DNA from: a plasmid
Sequence record: NZ_CP020440.2
Length of the DNA stretch: 64,000 nt
Strand: one strand, 5' to 3'
The first letter of the stretch is position 1, and the number at the start of each line of letters is the position of its first letter. Under the pieces are notes generated by a model that was given only the letters and a program-made list of their open reading frames with translations, ran no database searches and had not been told where the DNA came from. The translations under genes and the position numbers were made by a program. This document shows, in pieces, positions 62,555 through 64,000 of this stretch.

Positions 62555-62955
62555 TGGCCCATTCGCACAATCATCATCACGACGCGCATCATGGAGACCA
62601 TGGCCACGGCCAGGGCGATCACCATGACCACGGCAGCTATTCCAGCTATATCACCGGCTTCGTGCTGGCGGTGATCCTGACGGTCATTCCCTTCGGCATC
62701 GTCATGGGCGGCTGGATCGACAGCCGGCCGCTGGCCGTGGGCATCATCGTGATCTGCGCCGTGGCGCAGATGCTGGTCCACATGGTCTATTTCCTGCACA
62801 TGAACAGCCGCGCCGAAGAGGGCTGGACCCTGCTGTCGACGCTGTTCACCATCGTCATCGTGGTGATCGTCCTGGCCGGTTCGCTGTGGGTCATGTTCCA
62901 TATGAACCAGAACATGATGCCGCAGATGAACCACGAACTGCAGGTCATGCCGTGA
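62554..62955 (+). CDS. cyoD: Quinol oxidase subunit IV with His-rich N-terminal extension
   Basis: This is the internal Met of ORF 62269..62955, MAHSHNHHHDAHHGDHGHGQGDHHDHGSYSSYITGFVLAVILTVIPF... Its ATG overlaps the cyoC stop. Confidence 0.85.
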   Translation: MAHSHNHHHDAHHGDHGHGQGDHHDHGSYSSYITGFVLAVILTVIPFGIVMGGWIDSRPLAVGIIVICAVAQMLVHMVYFLHMNSRAEEGWTLLSTLFTIVIVVIVLAGSLWVMFHMNQNMMPQMNHELQVMP

Positions 62956-63695
62956 CCCAGCGCGCGGCCCCCGGCGGGCCGCGCAGGCGCGGCGCGGGCT
63001 GGTGGCTGATGGCGCTCGCCTCGGCGCTTGGCGTCGTCGTGCTGTGCGCGCTGGGGGTCTGGCAGGTCCAGCGCCTGCACTGGAAGACCGACCTGATCGC
63101 CCGGGTCGAGGCGCGGCTGGCCGCCCCGCCGGCCCCTGCGCCGGGGCCGGGCGACTGGCTTGGCCTCACCGCAAAGGACGACGAATACCGCCGCGTCGCG
63201 GTGACGGGCCGCTACGATTTCGCGGCCGAGGAACTGGCCCAGGCGGTGACCGCGCAAGGCCCCGGCTTTTGGGTGATGACGCCCCTGGAAACCTCGCAGG
63301 GCTGGGCCGTCTGGATCAACCGCGGCTTCGTTCCCATGGACCGCCGCGAGGCCGCCAACCGCGCCCGCCCGGACGGGACGGTCGAGGTCACGGGCCTGCT
63401 GCGCATGACCCAGCCGGACGGCGCCTTCCTGCGCAAGAACGACCCGCAGGCCGGGCGCTGGTATTCGCGCGATGTCGCGGCCCTGTCGGCGCAGCACGGC
63501 ATCGCGCAGGCCGCGCCCTATTTCATCGACGCCGAGGCGGGTGAAGTCGCGGGCGCGCTGCCCGTCGGCGGGCTGACCGTGGTGAGTTTTCGCAACACCC
63601 ACCTCAGCTATGCGCTGACCTGGTTCGCTATGGCGACGGGCCTGGCCGCCGCCTCGGTCTTTGCACTCAGGCGGGACGGCCGCGACGAGCCCTAG
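62952..63695 (+). CDS. surf1: SURF1-family oxidase assembly protein
   Basis: The GTG at 62952 overlaps the cyoD stop. An alternative ATG lies at 63009. The protein contains RRGAGWWLMALASALGVVVLCALGVWQVQRLHWKTDLIARV and C-terminal FRNTHLSYALTWFAMA, which are SURF1 hallmarks. Confidence 0.75.
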   Translation: MTQRAAPGGPRRRGAGWWLMALASALGVVVLCALGVWQVQRLHWKTDLIARVEARLAAPPAPAPGPGDWLGLTAKDDEYRRVAVTGRYDFAAEELAQAVTAQGPGFWVMTPLETSQGWAVWINRGFVPMDRREAANRARPDGTVEVTGLLRMTQPDGAFLRKNDPQAGRWYSRDVAALSAQHGIAQAAPYFIDAEAGEVAGALPVGGLTVVSFRNTHLSYALTWFAMATGLAAASVFALRRDGRDEP

Positions 63696-64000
63696 GCCGC
63701 CGAGGCGTGCTTTCGTCCCTCGAGGTCGGTCACGAAGTTTTCCGCCCAGACCGAGACCGGGTAGCGTTCCAGCCGCCGCAGCATGTCGGTATGACGCTCG
63801 CGCCGTTCGGCGATGGACATGGTCAGGGCGCGGGCGATGGCGTTGGCCACCTCTTCGACGTCATAGGGGTTCACGATCAGCGCCGACTGCATCTCGGCCG
63901 CGGCGCCCGCGAACTGGGACAGCACCAGGACGCCCGGATCCTCGGGGTCCTGGGCGGCGACATATTCCTTGGCGACCAGGTTCATGCCGTCGCGCAACGG
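63692..64000 (-). CDS. otsA: Alpha,alpha-trehalose-phosphate synthase, C-terminal part (gene continues beyond the window)
   Basis: ...MNLVAKEYVAAQDPEDPGVLVLSQFAGAAAEMQSALIVNPYDVEEVANAIARALTMS is the conserved GT20 OtsA C-terminus. The reading frame is open to the window end. Confidence 0.7.
   Translation of the reverse strand, partial: PLRDGMNLVAKEYVAAQDPEDPGVLVLSQFAGAAAEMQSALIVNPYDVEEVANAIARALTMSIAERRERHTDMLRRLERYPVSVWAENFVTDLEGRKHASAA

Overview
This is about 64 kb of high-GC (roughly 65-68% by eye) alphaproteobacterial DNA, Rhodobacteraceae/Paracoccus-like in gene content and codon bias. About 60 genes are densely packed, many with 1-4 nt start/stop overlaps. The window is mostly operonic catabolic and transport loci plus housekeeping genes. 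It also carries a replication/partition module near 46.2-49.9 kb, which argues that it comes from a secondary replicon (chromid or megaplasmid). That module is a DnaA-N-terminal-like HTH initiator candidate divergent from repA (N-extended ParA) and repB (ParB). It has a low-GC repeat-containing intergenic origin candidate and three copies of a 14-bp palindrome, which are candidate parS sites.

In order along the window, the content is:
- a B12-type ABC importer (FecCD permease and TroA/BtuF-like binding protein) behind a cobalamin riboswitch;
- a complete rhizobial-type glycerol locus (glpR, glpD, two ABC ATPases, two permeases, a DUF2160 gene, a family-1 binding protein, glpK);
- a block of DUF2076, BI-1, anti-sigma factor and ECF sigma factor;
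- a Liv-type ABC transporter translationally coupled to a GMC oxidoreductase;
- ilvD and a divergent LysR regulator;
- an ssu alkanesulfonate operon (ssuD, an extra FAD/NAD(P)-binding oxidoreductase, ssuE, ssuA, ssuC, ssuB);
- the protocatechuate and 4-hydroxybenzoate supra-operon (pcaQ divergent from pcaD-C-H-G, a DUF849 gene, pcaB; then pcaK, pobR, pobA);
- a DEAD-box helicase, panC and panB, and a two-HKD phospholipase-D-family protein;
- the replication module, then nagK, nagA and a COG0523 GTPase;
- a lytic transglycosylase, a YciA-like thioesterase, a TcyP-like symporter, vapBC, an MFS transporter;
- a bo3-type quinol oxidase cyoABCD followed by surf1, and a partial otsA at the end.

No rRNA, tRNA, CRISPR array or transposase was recognised. 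Many long ORFs in the six-frame track are antisense or frame-shadow artefacts of the GC bias and were not called.
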